DNA of 64,000 bases from Deltaproteobacteria bacterium. Lineage in GTDB: Bacteria; SAR324; XYD2-FULL-50-16. Under the pieces are notes generated by a model. It saw only the letters and a program-made list of their open reading frames with translations. It did not search any database and had not been told where the DNA came from. This document shows positions 1 to 9,233 of this stretch, in pieces; within the stretch, counting starts at the first letter, position 1; each line of letters starts with the position of its first letter. The position numbers and the translations under genes are program-made. The stretch is from positions 4,962-68,961 of the forward strand of contig JABHWU010000095.1 in the NCBI GenBank assembly GCA_018657625.1, written 5' to 3'.

Positions 1-499
1 TGGATGATATTAGTACATTTGCATACCATAGTTTTTGCTGGGCATTCAATTGATCCAGCGGCACCTGAAAGTTCTTGGGTAATGATGGAAAGAGTTCCTC
101 CTGGGAACCTTTCCACTCCAATCCTTCCATGCCCCAACGTATGACAGCCAAATAATAGTTATCCGCCAGATTAAATAGGTTCGCGACACTTTTTAGAAAA
201 TCCTTCTCTTTAGTGTCAAAATCTAAATCTGAAATCATAATTAAGACTAACTCAATAAATATGGCAGCTAAAGTCTCATTTTTTACATCAGATGGTTCCG
301 TTAGCGGAGGAGATTTTTTTTGACCAATAAACGTCATCAGTTTCTTTTTCTCATGTGGGTCATTGACAACAGTCAAAACCTGCTTCAGAAATTCCGTTTC
401 TGACATATCTATTTCATCATCCGCCAGGATGGCCGCAACGACCAAATGTGCGTACCAAACCTTCTGATTATTCGTCAAATTTTGAACAGGAACACTCAT
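1..499 (-). CDS. TerB-like repeat protein (N-terminal part; 3' end lies beyond the window start)
   Basis: Absent from the ORF track because no stop lies in the window. Reverse strand from ATG (499-497) reads MSVPVQNLTNNQKVWYAHLVVAAILADDEIDMSETEFLKQVL ... LNAQQKLWYANVLISS. Two QK(V/L)WYA..L...I.ADDEI-type helical units resemble TerB/DjlA-N modules. Family call rests on motif only. Confidence 0.4.
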   Translation of the reverse strand, partial: MSVPVQNLTNNQKVWYAHLVVAAILADDEIDMSETEFLKQVLTVVNDPHEKKKLMTFIGQKKSPPLTEPSDVKNETLAAIFIELVLIMISDLDFDTKEKDFLKSVANLFNLADNYYLAVIRWGMEGLEWKGSQEELFPSLPKNFQVPLDQLNAQQKLWYANVLISS

Positions 500-507
500 A
501 AGAACCT

Positions 508-1179
508 TCAGTTAGTCCGTTTTGCGACCAAAACACCGTCGCTCATTGGCAAAAAAGTACAGCTAAAATTAGGATGGTTAGCAATTTTTTGATTAAACGT
601 CTCTAGTAATTGCGTGGATTTCCCATATTTTTTTTTCTGATCTGGTGTTAAGCCAAATATTTTTCGATTATAAAAAATATTATCCACTATTAACAAACCA
701 TTTTTCACTAATGCAAGATAACAATCGTCCAACAAATCAATATATTCTTTTTTTGTTGAATCCAAAAAAATCAAATCAAATTGTTGACTATTTCCCTCAA
801 AGAAATCTTTAGCCCAATTATGAACCAGTTGCACCCGATGCACATTCTCTGAAAGCTGTAGGTATTTTCTACATTGATCCAGGCGATATCGATTGGAATC
901 CAGAGCTGTGATCTTGCTTTCCGAACTTCCGTATAACATCCAATGCGTAGAATAGGAAATGCCACAACCAATTTCTAATATCCGTCCTGGGTTAAATATT
1001 GAACAGACAAATTTTAAAAAAAAACCTAACTCATCATCAATAATCGGAACCTTATTTTTAATTCCGAAATTTCTGATAGCTTCTAGATTTTCAGGTAAAG
1101 GCGGATTAAGTTTCGCGATATAAGCGACCGCCTGAGAATAAAAATCGTCCACATCACCCACATTGGTATCTGGTTTCAA
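508..1179 (-). CDS. class I SAM-dependent O-methyltransferase (family 3, caffeoyl-CoA OMT/YrrM-like)
   Basis: 223-aa ORF with SAM-binding block ILEIGCGISYST, DLIFLDS and LLIVDNIF blocks. Start uncertain (TTG at 1179 or in-frame GTGs). Confidence 0.75.
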   Translation of the reverse strand: MKPDTNVGDVDDFYSQAVAYIAKLNPPLPENLEAIRNFGIKNKVPIIDDELGFFLKFVCSIFNPGRILEIGCGISYSTHWMLYGSSESKITALDSNRYRLDQCRKYLQLSENVHRVQLVHNWAKDFFEGNSQQFDLIFLDSTKKEYIDLLDDCYLALVKNGLLIVDNIFYNRKIFGLTPDQKKKYGKSTQLLETFNQKIANHPNFSCTFLPMSDGVLVAKRTN

Positions 1180-1230
1180 CTAAGCCCCAAAAAGATATCC
1201 CTTTGCAAAGTACATGTTCAATGAATTTAT

Positions 1231-1878
1231 TTAATATCCATCCGGTTTAATTAAAATATCAATGCGACGATTCAGCCGGCGTAACTCTGCGGTGTCATTG
1301 GACACCTTCGGTCGAGTTGAACCATATCCGATAATTTCCATCCGGGTACTTTGAATACCAAATTCTTCCAGTAACCTGGCTATCGAGCCAGACCGGGCAC
1401 CACTTAATTCCCAATTCGATGGGTAGGTTTCATTACTAATCTTTTGATCATCCGTGTGACCTTCAATGATAACACCATTGGGAACAGCATAGAGTATCCG
1501 GGCAAATTTTTCAATAATATCTTTTCCTTCCTCTGTGGGGTTAGCTGAACCAGGATCAAACATTGCAGTATCACTAAATGAAACTGTAATCCCCTGATCA
1601 TCAACAGTGATGTCCATAACTTCTGCGATATCGCTCTTTTTCAAAGAGCTTTCCATGCTTTCCATGAAGGTTGGCATTCCGGTAAAGACAAAAGGAGAGG
1701 CAGGGGGTCCACCCTTAAATGATGCAGCTACAGCTTTGAATTTTTCTTCGTTGGTTTTCGACATGGCAAACAAGAGCACAAAAAAGCAGAGTAACAATGT
1801 TACCATGTCGCCATAGGTATAAATCCACTCGACACGTTCTTCACCACAATTACATTCGCATTCTTCTTCAATAGCCAT
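1231..1878 (-). CDS. motB: flagellar motor stator protein MotB (OmpA/MotB family)
   Basis: 215 aa. Plug/TM segment YGDMVTLLLCFFVLLFAMS with the conserved Asp. C-terminal OmpA-like peptidoglycan-binding block (GHTD..., NRRIDILI). Its start overlaps the motA stop in TAATG (1876-1880). Confidence 0.8.
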   Translation of the reverse strand: MAIEEECECNCGEERVEWIYTYGDMVTLLLCFFVLLFAMSKTNEEKFKAVAASFKGGPPASPFVFTGMPTFMESMESSLKKSDIAEVMDITVDDQGITVSFSDTAMFDPGSANPTEEGKDIIEKFARILYAVPNGVIIEGHTDDQKISNETYPSNWELSGARSGSIARLLEEFGIQSTRMEIIGYGSTRPKVSNDTAELRRLNRRIDILIKPDGY

Positions 1879-2678
1879 TATTTACCCTTGTCGCCGCTAA
1901 ATTTCAGTTCTTCGTATTTGGATTTTAATTCAGGTGTTAAATAATTCATCAGATCCTGTTCAATAAACTCAGCACGTTCATTTTTTTCAATAAACAAGAC
2001 GCCATCGCGCACCATCTCAGCCATCACCAATTCACTAACTCGCGCTGTTTCCAGTACATTTGACCAGGGAACAAAGACACCACTTGATAACAAAGACCCA
2101 TATAGTGTCGTAATCAACGCCACGGCCATGTTCGGCCCAATTTTACTGGGATCACTTAAATCCTGAAGCATTAAAATCAAGCCAATTAGCGTTCCAATCA
2201 TCCCATAGGCAGGGGATAAACTACTCATTAATTTCACCAATGATTGATCCAAGGTTTTCTTTTTATCTGAATATTTCAGTTCAGATTGCATAATATCCGT
2301 GATCAATTCACGATCAACCCGGTCAACCACCAAACGCAATCCATTTCTTAAAAACTCATTTTCTATACTAGGTAAAGAGTCTTCAATGGCCAGTACGTTT
2401 TTCCTGGCTACTTTAGCCACATCAACAATAATCACTAATGTTTCAATTAGTGGTATCGATTTCGCGCCATATATCTTTTTAAGTGATTTTCCTAATCCTA
2501 GAAAGACATCCAGGGGGAAAGATGCTAAAGTAGCTGCCAGTGTACCAAAAAGTACAATAATAATACTTGGTGCATTATACATGTACTGGAGGTTTTTAAA
2601 AACAAGATCTGGGGTAAGCACCCCAAATACAATCACAACTACAATAGTTACTGTACCAAGAACCGCAGCTAGATCCAT
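1878..2678 (-). CDS. motA: flagellar motor stator protein MotA (MotA/TolQ/ExbB proton-channel family)
   Basis: 266 aa with four hydrophobic segments. C-terminal MotA/ExbB-type block GMIGTLIGLILML...ALITTLYGSLL. Translationally coupled to motB. Confidence 0.75.
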   Translation of the reverse strand: MDLAAVLGTVTIVVVIVFGVLTPDLVFKNLQYMYNAPSIIIVLFGTLAATLASFPLDVFLGLGKSLKKIYGAKSIPLIETLVIIVDVAKVARKNVLAIEDSLPSIENEFLRNGLRLVVDRVDRELITDIMQSELKYSDKKKTLDQSLVKLMSSLSPAYGMIGTLIGLILMLQDLSDPSKIGPNMAVALITTLYGSLLSSGVFVPWSNVLETARVSELVMAEMVRDGVLFIEKNERAEFIEQDLMNYLTPELKSKYEELKFSGDKGK

Positions 2679-2967
2679 ATTAAATTAGCAGAAAAAGTTT
2701 TATTTTTTTTGATTAGGTTTTAAAATTGCTAACATATGTTTAAAGACTCATATTATTGAATTTCAAACTTATACCACTATAAAGGAAAACATGTAAAGCA
2801 AGATTTAGGCTAAGCGGCTTAATTGGTCGAATATTCCAAGAATAGGTGTAGTGTTTGCATTTAATTTATAACAAAATAGGTTTTATCTATTACAAAGCCA
2901 CTATGACAGTGCTGAAACCATTTTTATCAACCTATATTTCCTATTAATTTTTAAACCTTAATTGATT

Positions 2968-3405
2968 ATGCGATATGTACTCTTTTTGGTGTTTTCAGTA
3001 TTATTGATCGGTTCCTGTAATTTTACACAATCTGGCCAGGCCGAGCAACAACGCCTGGAGGCTCAACAAATAGCAATTCTAGCTTGTGCAGAACCAAGAT
3101 TGATGGCTAGTTTTGAATTTCATAAAAACGCCAAAGATTTTTTATCCTCCTATTATAAAACCAGAAAAGAGAGTGAACTTTTTTTCTCATGGTACGCCAT
3201 GGAGGATTCCGTTCATATGGCAAAATCTGTTCGTGCCTGCTGGGACAAGCGTAATAAGCATTTTTTAGCTGCAAAAAATGTATTTCAGAAAAATAGAGTT
3301 TTAGAGAGATTGATTGTGCAGAATATGAGACAATACTCACAATCTCAACTTTCAGAACTGTATTTGGAAGATTATCATAATTTATTTGTCCGCGATATTC
3401 AATAA
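2968..3405 (+). CDS. hypothetical secreted protein, probable lipoprotein
   Basis: ORF 2962-3405. ATG at 2968 gives MRYVLFLVFSVLLIGSC (signal peptide plus Cys). No recognisable domain. Confidence 0.5.
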   Translation: MRYVLFLVFSVLLIGSCNFTQSGQAEQQRLEAQQIAILACAEPRLMASFEFHKNAKDFLSSYYKTRKESELFFSWYAMEDSVHMAKSVRACWDKRNKHFLAAKNVFQKNRVLERLIVQNMRQYSQSQLSELYLEDYHNLFVRDIQ

Positions 3406-3417
3406 CCATTAGCGATC

Positions 3418-4800
3418 ATGTCACTTCAATTTGATGATACCATCGTTGGCATAGCGACCGCTCCAGGTGAGTGTGGTGTCAGCATTATTCGCATCAGTGG
3501 AGAACAGGCCCTAAAATATGCTGATCACTTTTTTAAGCCAAAATTTTCAACAAATATCTTCAACCTGAAAAATCGTCATCTCGCCTATGGTTGGATAATA
3601 GATAATGGAAAGACCATTGATGAAGTTTTAGCAGCAGTGATGCGGAGACCACACAGTTTTACTGCAGAAGATGTTGTCGAAATCCAATGTCATGGTGGTA
3701 GTTATATCACCCAGACCATATTAAATCTGGCAATAAATGCCGGAGCCAGACTAGCAAATCCCGGAGAATTCACCCAAAGAGCTTTTTTAAATGGTCGGAT
3801 CGATTTAACCCAGGCTGAAGCCACAAATGATTTAATCCAGGCAAAATCAGAACTTGGATTGAATTTAATTGTTAATCAATTAAAAGGTAATTTACACCAA
3901 AAAATTCTCGATTTAAAAAATGAGGTAATATGGATTTCATCCCTAGTTAATGCTGGCATTGATTTTCCGGAAGAAGATATTGTTTTCAGCAATTACGATC
4001 AGATCTCCGACAAAATTGCATATGTTAAAAAAGAGCTGGAATCTCTCATTGAATCATCCAATCTGGGTATCATGGTCAGGGAAGGCTATAAGGTCGTTTT
4101 AGTCGGAGAACCCAATGTCGGTAAATCCAGTATTCTGAACGCGCTACTCAATGTGAATCGCTCAATTGTTACCCAAATTCCTGGAACCACCCGAGATACC
4201 ATCGAAGAATATTGTAACATCAACGGTATACCTGTCTCTTTAACCGATACAGCCGGCATTCATAGAACATCTGATGCCGTTGAACAGGAAGGGATTAACC
4301 GCTCTTTTGAAGCGATTACCAAAGCTGATTTAATACTTTGGGTCATTGATATGGTCAATCCTTCATATCAACTGGATTTACCTGATCATTCGATTTTAAA
4401 GGATAAACCCGTTTTAGTGGTATTTAATAAAATTGATCTACAATCCCAATTTAAAAAAGACCCCCCGCAGGATCTGCCATCCTTTAAACAGATCACAATT
4501 TCTGCCAAAGATAAAAGCCAAATCCAGGAACTGAGGAAAACTATTTTTGAATTTATTTCAGGAAAAACAGGTAAGCTCACAGAGGAAACAGCAATAACCA
4601 ATTTAAGGCAAAAAATAGCCGCTGAAAAATCTCTGGAGCAAATTGAAAGACTACATCACTCCATCAAAGATACACTTGAAGAGGAGTTACTAGCTATCGA
4701 CCTGACTGAAATATTAAGCCTTTTAGGTGATATCGTTGGAGAAACAACACCTGATGATATGCTGAACCAGATTTTTGAAAATTTTTGTATTGGAAAGTAA
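3418..4800 (+). CDS. mnmE: tRNA uridine-5-carboxymethylaminomethyl modification GTPase MnmE
   Basis: 460 aa. G1 motif GEPNVGKSSILNAL, DTAG G3 motif, NKID G4 motif, and the diagnostic C-terminal FCIGK tail. Confidence 0.95.
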   Translation: MSLQFDDTIVGIATAPGECGVSIIRISGEQALKYADHFFKPKFSTNIFNLKNRHLAYGWIIDNGKTIDEVLAAVMRRPHSFTAEDVVEIQCHGGSYITQTILNLAINAGARLANPGEFTQRAFLNGRIDLTQAEATNDLIQAKSELGLNLIVNQLKGNLHQKILDLKNEVIWISSLVNAGIDFPEEDIVFSNYDQISDKIAYVKKELESLIESSNLGIMVREGYKVVLVGEPNVGKSSILNALLNVNRSIVTQIPGTTRDTIEEYCNINGIPVSLTDTAGIHRTSDAVEQEGINRSFEAITKADLILWVIDMVNPSYQLDLPDHSILKDKPVLVVFNKIDLQSQFKKDPPQDLPSFKQITISAKDKSQIQELRKTIFEFISGKTGKLTEETAITNLRQKIAAEKSLEQIERLHHSIKDTLEEELLAIDLTEILSLLGDIVGETTPDDMLNQIFENFCIGK

Positions 4801-4808
4801 AGTACTTT

Positions 4809-4991
4809 TTAGGGTTTTTTCAACTCCAGGTTTTTTTCCAGGTTGATTTCATATAGTCGGAGCTTTGATGATTCTGCAAACTTTCTGACAAGCGTGGATT
4901 TTCCAACTTGCCTTGCGCCTCTAATGATCAATGGTTTACTGGATTCATTGCTTATTCAGTCTGATAATGTTTTTTCTACTGACCTTTTCAT
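4809..4991 (-). pseudogene. 5' stub of an AAA ATPase paralogue (copy 1 of 3), with in-frame stop
   Basis: Reverse strand reads MKRSVEKTLSD*ISNESSKPLIIRGARQVGKSTLVRKFAESSKLRLYEINLEKNLELKKP*. Near-identical to codons 1-56 of the 7782-9170 gene. TGG>TGA at the Trp codon. Ends 9 nt after the mnmE stop. The track ORF 4843-5082(+) is its antisense. Confidence 0.8.
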
Positions 4992-5004
4992 CGGTAATTA
5001 TTTC

Positions 5005-5087
5005 ACAGCTTTAGGTATAATACCCCACCCCTTAAGATATTCTATCATTGCGTTGATACCCCGTCCGCTGGCGGTTGGGTAGTTCAT
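5005..5087 (-). repeat. dispersed repeat family B (ATGAACTACCCC... hairpin element), long form
   Basis: Reverse complement ATGAACTACCCAACCGCCAGCGGACGGGGTATCAACGCAATGATAGAA...AAAGCTGTGAAAT matches 14302-14420 and 23738-27 (see those entries). It replaces the leader directly upstream of ATPase stub 1. Confidence 0.8.
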
Positions 5088-5360
5088 TAGGAGATATTCT
5101 CTATATCCGTAGCGGGATATCAATGATGGAAGGATTGTTTGGCAATGGGAATCCCTTAGAGATAAGATTCCCATACCCAAAACTTCTGCCAAAAGAACAG
5201 TTCGTGCAAACTTCATTTTTTTTTGTAAATCCGGGGAATACTAATTTTTGTTAAGAAGTATCGAAAAACCAGTACTATGTCCCCGGATTTCTCGGATTTC
5301 TCTCAAAACACACGGAAATTTTCGCAAATCGTTTCTCAAGGGTATCCCCTCTACTGCTGT

Positions 5361-5792
5361 TTATACTAATGGATTGATAACTTTTAATTTATGGAATCTT
5401 CCAAAATCACGATCAGCAGAATAAAGTTCTGTTACACCTTGTTGTAAACAGATGGCGGCTATTCTGGCATCATGCACCATTGGGCCTTTAATTTGAGATG
5501 ATCGAATTAATTCTTGCAATATCTTCCAATACTCACCAACTTCGGAAATCATTATTAAACTGGGAGACTCAAACCAGGCTGAAACTTGATCAAGTGCAGT
5601 TAGATATGGGCTGGGAGGTTTATATATCCTGGGATGGGTGACAATGGAAAAGAATTCATGAATGCATGGCCATGGGATCAACCAAGGTTTTATTCCCTCA
5701 GCCAATTCCGTTATAATACTACAAGCTGGAGAATAGAAAGGTGAATCCGAACGATGAGCGTACACCAAAATATTTGTATCTACTGCAATCAT
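5361..5792 (-). CDS. vapC: type II toxin VapC (PIN-domain ribonuclease)
   Basis: 143 aa. Starts MIAVDTNILVYA (first PIN Asp). C-terminal SADRDF block. Overlaps the upstream antitoxin gene by 4 nt. Confidence 0.8.
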   Translation of the reverse strand: MIAVDTNILVYAHRSDSPFYSPACSIITELAEGIKPWLIPWPCIHEFFSIVTHPRIYKPPSPYLTALDQVSAWFESPSLIMISEVGEYWKILQELIRSSQIKGPMVHDARIAAICLQQGVTELYSADRDFGRFHKLKVINPLV

Positions 5793-6034
5793 CCTCCATG
5801 TCCCTCATAAGCAGCTGATCGTATTTTTTGCCAGTCTTCTCCCTCAAATTCAGATTGGAGACCCTGTCCATGAAAGCAAGATTTACGCAGAACGAACTTT
5901 TTACGTATTTTCCTTTCGGATAATACACGATGCAACCCTTCTTCAATTAAAGCGCGCAATGTTGATTTTTCTTTTTTTGTCAATTCTTTTGCTTCTTCAA
6001 ATAAAGCATCAGATATATTTATGGTTGTTTTCAT
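5789..6034 (-). CDS. VapB-type antitoxin (ribbon-helix-helix/DUF2191-like)
   Basis: Probable start at ATG 6034: MKTTINISDALFEEAKELTKKEKSTLRALIEEGLHRVL. Small size, and 4-nt overlap with the PIN toxin gene. Confidence 0.6.
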   Translation of the reverse strand: MKTTINISDALFEEAKELTKKEKSTLRALIEEGLHRVLSERKIRKKFVLRKSCFHGQGLQSEFEGEDWQKIRSAAYEGHGG

Positions 6035-6153
6035 ATGGCTAACCATATCACTAAATAAGGTGATATGCAACTACAAATAAAGAAGAAGAAGGAATCACTC
6101 ATCATTTGCTTCGCAACAGATAATAAATATCGCTGGTTTCAAATTGGCAGTAG

Positions 6154-6302
6154 TTGATTTTATATAGCCGGAGCTTTGATGATTCTGCAAATTTTCTGAC
6201 AAGCGTGGATTTCCCAACTTACCTTGCGCCTTTAATGATCAACGTTTTACTGGATTTATTGCTAATCCAATCCGTTAATGTTTTTTCTGCTGATCTTTTC
6301 AT
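6154..6302 (-). pseudogene. 5' stub of the AAA ATPase (copy 2 of 3), with in-frame stop in Walker A
   Basis: Reverse strand reads MKRSAEKTLTDWISNKSSKTLIIKGAR*VGKSTLVRKFAESSKLRLYKIN. CAA>TAA inside GARQVGKST. Homology ends near 6154. Confidence 0.8.
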
Positions 6303-6440
6303 CGGTAATTATTTTATATTTATAATTTATAAACAATTGATGTATGAAAAAAGGGTGTATATCAAACATTTCTATTGGAAATTAGTGATAACTTGTCTAT
6401 ATAGGGAGAGATTTACCGCAATAGTTAAGTCTCCTGTCAC
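6303..6440 (-). repeat. duplicated leader/promoter region of the ATPase gene
   Basis: 6303-6440 aligns with 9171-9307 (for example TTGGAAATT(A/G)GTGATAACTTGTCTATA and ATAGTTAAGT.TCCTGTCAC). Confidence 0.75.
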
Positions 6441-6547
6441 CGGGGCATTAATTGTATACATGATTAATCCTGAAAACTGATAGACATAATCATAAAGTTA
6501 GTTTACTTTAAAACTAATATGTGAACTATAAAATAGGAGTATGGGCT

Positions 6548-6793
6548 ATGAAGATGATTCGATTGAATATTCACGAGGCGAAAACTCATCTTTCAAAATA
6601 TATCAAATATTTATATCAAGGTGATAACATAATACTTTGCAAAAGAAATGTCCCGATCGCGGAAATTCGTCCGATAAAAAAAAAGCTTATGAAAGAACGT
6701 CCGATTGGATTAGCCAAGGGCGACTTCAAAGTTACTAACACCTTTTTTGATCCTCTCCCTGATGATATTGTCGACGCTTTTTCGGGAAGGTAG
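6548..6793 (+). CDS. Phd/YefM-type antitoxin
   Basis: ATG 6548 is preceded by AGGAG (6535-6539). MKMIRLNIHEAKTHLSKYIKYLYQGDNIILCKRNVPIAEIRPI is a typical Phd/YefM N-terminus. Stop lies 3 nt before the PIN gene. Confidence 0.65.
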   Translation: MKMIRLNIHEAKTHLSKYIKYLYQGDNIILCKRNVPIAEIRPIKKKLMKERPIGLAKGDFKVTNTFFDPLPDDIVDAFSGR

Positions 6794-6796
6794 AGA

Positions 6797-7183
6797 ATGA
6801 GGATTTTGTTGGATACATGCACTTTTTTGTGGATTATCACCGATGATCCGAATTTAAGCGAAAAAGCCCGTCTCTTATTTTCAGAAAAAAATAATGACGT
6901 TTTTCTTAGCGCGGCTTCAGCCTGGGAAATTACAGTAAAATATAATCTTGGAAAACTGGCTTTACCTTTTGAGCCAAAGCAATACATTCCTGAACAAAGA
7001 AAATTACATCAAATAGAAAGTCTTTCGTTAAAAGAAGAATCCACGTTTTTTTTAACTAAGCTGCCCGATTTTCATAAAGATCCATTTGATCGAATTCTTA
7101 TTTGCCAAGCGATCACTTTGGATTTAATAATACTCACACCCGATCAGCATATTACCCGGTATCCTGTTAGAACAGATTGGTGA
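6797..7183 (+). CDS. vapC: type II toxin VapC (PIN domain)
   Basis: 128 aa. MRILLDTCTFLW, SAASAWEITVK and DPFDRILICQAI blocks typical of VapC/PIN toxins. Confidence 0.8.
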   Translation: MRILLDTCTFLWIITDDPNLSEKARLLFSEKNNDVFLSAASAWEITVKYNLGKLALPFEPKQYIPEQRKLHQIESLSLKEESTFFLTKLPDFHKDPFDRILICQAITLDLIILTPDQHITRYPVRTDW

Positions 7184-7207
7184 ATTTTCCGTTTGACCCC
7201 TTCCTCT

Positions 7208-7345
7208 TTACAGACCATCACTTTTTATATTTTTTCCGGTTAGCATCGGTGCGCTATCCCCTATTCTTAACTCTCCGGCCAATAAGAAAGGATCAAAAAT
7301 AGAAAGGACCATTAAAATCAGAGTTAAAATTCCGGAAATTTTCAT
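7208..7345 (-). pseudogene. N-terminal stub of a secreted thioredoxin-fold (TlpA/redoxin-like) protein
   Basis: Unlisted 45-codon ORF MKISGILTLILMVLSIFDPFLLAGELRIGDSAPMLTGKNIKSDGL*. It has a signal peptide plus the G-D-x-A-P-x-f substrate-loop start of redoxins, then stops before any CxxC. Confidence 0.3.
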
Positions 7346-7609
7346 TTTGTTAACCTGGTTATACGATATGATTAAAAAGGTTGCGTTTTTCTGACATACG
7401 AAAAACCTTTTTTTGAAGGCAGTTAAATTGGATCAGTGACCCTTTTTTTGTCCAGATGAATGTTAAAAATAAATGATGTGTCATGCAAGTAAAATAAACT
7501 TCTATTTGTGTAGGACTACTGGTTCAATATATTCAGCTCTGGAACAATCTTTATTCAGTGGTTTTTTTACCTTGAAACATACAGGTATTATTAACATGCC
7601 GCCTAAACA

Positions 7610-7730
7610 GGGTGGGCAACGAGTTACCCACCTTACAAGCATAAACATTTTATCTTGTACCGTAGGTTGGACCTGCGGAGCTTGTCCAACGTTTTACTCA
7701 GTATGGGCAACGAGTTATTCACCCTACAAG
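7610..7730 (+). repeat. REP-like palindromic units (family E)
   Basis: GGGTGGGCAACGAGTTACCCACCTTACAAG and ATGGGCAACGAGTTATTCACCCTACAAG flank GTAGGTTGGACctgcggagcttGTCCAAC (a GTAG head followed by a 7-bp palindrome). The track ORF 7473-7760 merely reads across them. Confidence 0.7.
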
Positions 7731-7781
7731 ACAAACCGGATTATCACCACGCAATTATAAATGGCTTCATGTTGAGCTATA

Positions 7782-9170
7782 TTAACTATCTCGTTGCCTG
7801 TACTCCATGATTATCCTGTCCAGCTGACCTACCAGATATAAAGGCAGTGATATTAACGAATAGGTTACATCCGTTACCGAATTGTCAGATAGTTTAAGTT
7901 TGTGTGAAACGGTTTGGATAGATGCGAGGTTAAGGTCAAACCGAACACCCATTTGAATCTTTTTTAAATAAACAAATTGCAGCAGAGATTTCATGGTTCC
8001 ACTTTTACCTGATTTAACCTCAATCGGTACGACCAAGTTTCCTTGGGAGATGACATAATCCACCTCGGCATTTGTCTGCTTTTTCTCTCGAAGCCAGTAA
8101 AAAAGACCCGGTGGTTCTTTTAAATCAATCTTATAGAAAAGATGTTGCCCTATAAATTGCTCTGCTAATGGTCCTTCATTTACCAACTCTCTTTCATCCA
8201 TATTCCTTATCGATGTTAGATCAATCCCAAACATTCGGTTCAGTAATCCAATATCTAAATAGATCGGTTTATAAACGTGATCATCCACATCCGCAGCTAG
8301 GGGAATGCCACCGCAATCGCTATGAAAAACAGGAGAAATTATTTTGGCTTTAATCAACAAATCAATAGTAGTTCTTACTTCCCTGGCTGTTTCATCCTTT
8401 AAAACCCTACTATAAATTACTTTTTGCCCGATCATTTTAGGAATACTCCTGAATACTTTCTGAAGTCTCAATAACGATTTTCGGGTTGCATATTTTGAAA
8501 AATCGTCCTGATAAGTGGAAATGATTGACTGTAATACACCTTTACTCAGATTTATATCCTGCTTGTTAATATAAAAGTCAACGGCTTCCGGCATACCCCC
8601 AATTAGCATATATTCTCTTTGAAGGTTTAAGAGTTTTTGGTGCACCGTTGATGGAATAGGGTTGTTAAAATCAAAATCCCGGATATAAGACAACAAATTC
8701 GGTTTGGCCTCAAAAAGATATTCTTCAAATGTCAAAGGTCCTAAATATAGATATTCTACACGCCCGACAGGCATGGAAAAGTGAAGATCCGCCAGCGCGA
8801 ATTCAAGCAGAGAACCAGCAGATACTACAGCTAATTGAGGATAGTCTTCATAAAAATATCGAAGTGCCTGGAGCGCATGAGGGGTTGCTTGTATTTCATC
8901 CAAAAACAAAAGCGCGTGTTGAGGATTTATTTTTTGTTCCAATAAACCTTCTAACTCTTGACAGATTCTTTTTACATCTAGTGTTTTAAAAATATCATCC
9001 AGTTCCAGGTTCTTTTCCAAGTTGATTTCATATAGCCGGAGCTTTGATGATTCTGCAAACTTTCTGACAAGTGTGGATTTTCCAACTTGCCTTGCACCTC
9101 TAATGATTAATGGTTTACGGGATTCATTGTTTATCCAGTCTGTTAATGCCTTTTCTGCTGATCTTTTCAT
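7782..9170 (-). CDS. AAA+ ATPase with C-terminal PD-(D/E)xK-type nuclease-like domain (AAA_14/DUF4143 architecture)
   Basis: Start taken at ATG 9170 (MKRSAEKALTDW). Walker A GARQVGKST, Walker B LLFLDEIQ. C-terminal AEVDYVI...VVPIEVKSGKS matches a D...E-x-K nuclease motif. Confidence 0.8.
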   Translation of the reverse strand: MKRSAEKALTDWINNESRKPLIIRGARQVGKSTLVRKFAESSKLRLYEINLEKNLELDDIFKTLDVKRICQELEGLLEQKINPQHALLFLDEIQATPHALQALRYFYEDYPQLAVVSAGSLLEFALADLHFSMPVGRVEYLYLGPLTFEEYLFEAKPNLLSYIRDFDFNNPIPSTVHQKLLNLQREYMLIGGMPEAVDFYINKQDINLSKGVLQSIISTYQDDFSKYATRKSLLRLQKVFRSIPKMIGQKVIYSRVLKDETAREVRTTIDLLIKAKIISPVFHSDCGGIPLAADVDDHVYKPIYLDIGLLNRMFGIDLTSIRNMDERELVNEGPLAEQFIGQHLFYKIDLKEPPGLFYWLREKKQTNAEVDYVISQGNLVVPIEVKSGKSGTMKSLLQFVYLKKIQMGVRFDLNLASIQTVSHKLKLSDNSVTDVTYSLISLPLYLVGQLDRIIMEYRQRDS

Positions 9171-9203
9171 CGGTAATAATTTTATATGTGTAATATATAA
9201 ACA

Positions 9204-9233
9204 ATTAATGTATGAAAATAGGGCATATGTCAA
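9204..9233 (-). promoter_or_regulatory. candidate sigma-70 promoter of the ATPase gene
   Basis: On the minus strand, TTGACA (9233-9228), an 18-nt spacer, then ATTAAT (9209-9204), 34 nt upstream of the ATG. In the duplicated copy the -35 is degraded to TTGATA. Confidence 0.35.

Noticed and set aside
2299-2688. Long antisense ORFs inside well-supported genes (for example 2299-2688, 15494-15775, 18923-19213, 32028-32417, 50103-50423, 60309-60787)
   Set aside because: Each lies opposite a gene with strong family motifs. These are shadow ORFs typical of the opposite strand.
5361-7183. TA pairs separated by conserved repeats, read as an integron cassette array
   Set aside because: The two TA modules are in opposite orientations. 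The intervening repeats are gene 5' ends rather than attC-type imperfect palindromes. No intI integrase or attI site is visible.
7473-7760. 95-aa plus-strand ORF
   Set aside because: It reads across REP-like palindromes. There is no SD sequence and the peptide is low-complexity.
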